64,000 bases of DNA from a virus. The translations under genes and the position numbers were made by a program. The DNA is taken from the IMG/VR virus record IMGVR_UViG_3300050343_000135, positions 10,215 through 74,214 of that record; one strand, given 5' to 3'. This document shows, piece after piece, positions 63,171 through 64,000 of this stretch. The notes below the pieces were generated by a model. That model saw nothing but the letters and a program-made list of their open reading frames with translations, made no database searches and was not told the DNA's origin. Positions within the stretch are counted from its first letter, which is position 1. Each line of letters opens with the position of its first letter.

Positions 63171-64000
63171 CATTAGTAGAAGCAAAACCGTCAAGGACTG
63201 ACTTTATCGGTCACTTTGATAACTCATTTGAGTTTGACAGATACTCGCTATCTTCTGACCCTAGTTTGAACAATAAAGAAAGTATTAAAGAAGAGATGTT
63301 GATATAGAAATAGATATTGACAGCTATGACTGGATTATTTTAGTTGGCTCAGAATGCCCTAAAGTTCTTACACCAACGTTACTTCAATCATGGAGTACAG
63401 TGGCAAAGTTGCAGATGATAGAAGTTTATTCCTGTTATCAACCCAGCCATGATTGCGTTCAAACCAGAGGTAAAGAACGTTATGGGACGAGTCTCAAAGT
63501 AAAGTATCACAGCAGTATATTGCTGGAGAACTTAGAAAGTAGTAGAAGATTGACGAAAGTATGGCATTTCGGTATAACAGATAGTAGAGAGGCAAGTAGA
63601 TTCATTATAGAAGCTAGAGATTGTGAAAGTGAGTTTGTTGCTCTTGACTCAGAGACTATCAGGACTCTATACCCTAGAGATGGGCATATGATTGGCATTA
63701 GTTTGAGCTATGATGGTGACACAGGGGTGCCTATATAGACTGTGACTGTATTGACGCAACTTGCGAAGCTCTTCTGCAACAAGTCTTCGATAGAAAGATA
63801 GTAGTATTTCATAACGCAAAGTTTGACGTATCGTGGTTTGAGTATCACTTTAAGTTCAACTTTCCTAGATTCGAAGACACTATGCTACAGCACTATCTGA
63901 TAGATGAGAACCCAGGCACTCATGGACTGAAACAACTCTCATCTCAAACATACTAAGTATGGAGACTATGAGAAGCCTATGTATGACTGGATAGCTGACT
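63158..64000 (+). CDS. DNA polymerase, family A (T5-type), N-terminal part; truncated by the window end, with indels
   Basis: N-terminal T5-pol-like domain (INPAMIAFKPE), exonuclease motifs ALDSET..LYPRDG, VFHNAKFD, EDTML.HY...THGLKQL. Confidence 0.88.

Noticed and set aside
15359-64000. Apparent mass pseudogenisation or recoding (portal, terL, capsid, TMP, helicase, polymerase split into pieces)
   Set aside because: The breaks are 1-nt indels, often in homopolymers, scattered through essential genes. That pattern fits long-read error, not decay or stop-codon reassignment.

Overview
This window is part of an AT-rich, T5-like (Demerecviridae-related) lytic siphovirus. Its auxiliary genes suggest a marine host, probably a proteobacterium (inference). 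Many conserved essential genes (portal, TerL, capsid, tape measure, helicase, polymerase) are broken by scattered 1-nt indels, so this looks like an unpolished long read, and split ORFs are treated as single genes. Layout: (i) 1-38.8 kb, minus strand, is the late/virion operon: collagen-rich fibres, a lambda-type M-L-K-I-J tail tip, tape measure, T5-like tail tube, capsid, portal, HNH and terL. A ~9.5 kb accessory island separates terL from terS; it holds basic microproteins, a CHASE2-adenylate cyclase / FecR / curlin-like / CsgG / CsgF module, and IscA/IscU. (ii) 38.8-43.1 kb is the probable genome-end junction, followed by pre-early genes and an injection-stop-like non-coding region with DnaA boxes, a Fur-box-like site, repeats and leftward promoters. 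(iii) 43.1-45.2 kb is a cassette of promoter-driven non-coding RNAs around an A2-like gene, including an anticodon-less tRNA mimic and a ~1 kb highly structured RNA; this is the best candidate for an undescribed system. (iv) 45.2-64 kb, plus strand, holds early genes (MazG-like, bS21, Hsp20, lysis cassette, DenV-like, glutaredoxin) and the T5-type replication block (D2, D3, split NAD ligase, D5, helicase, primase, polymerase). All family calls come from visual motif recognition; no database searches were run.
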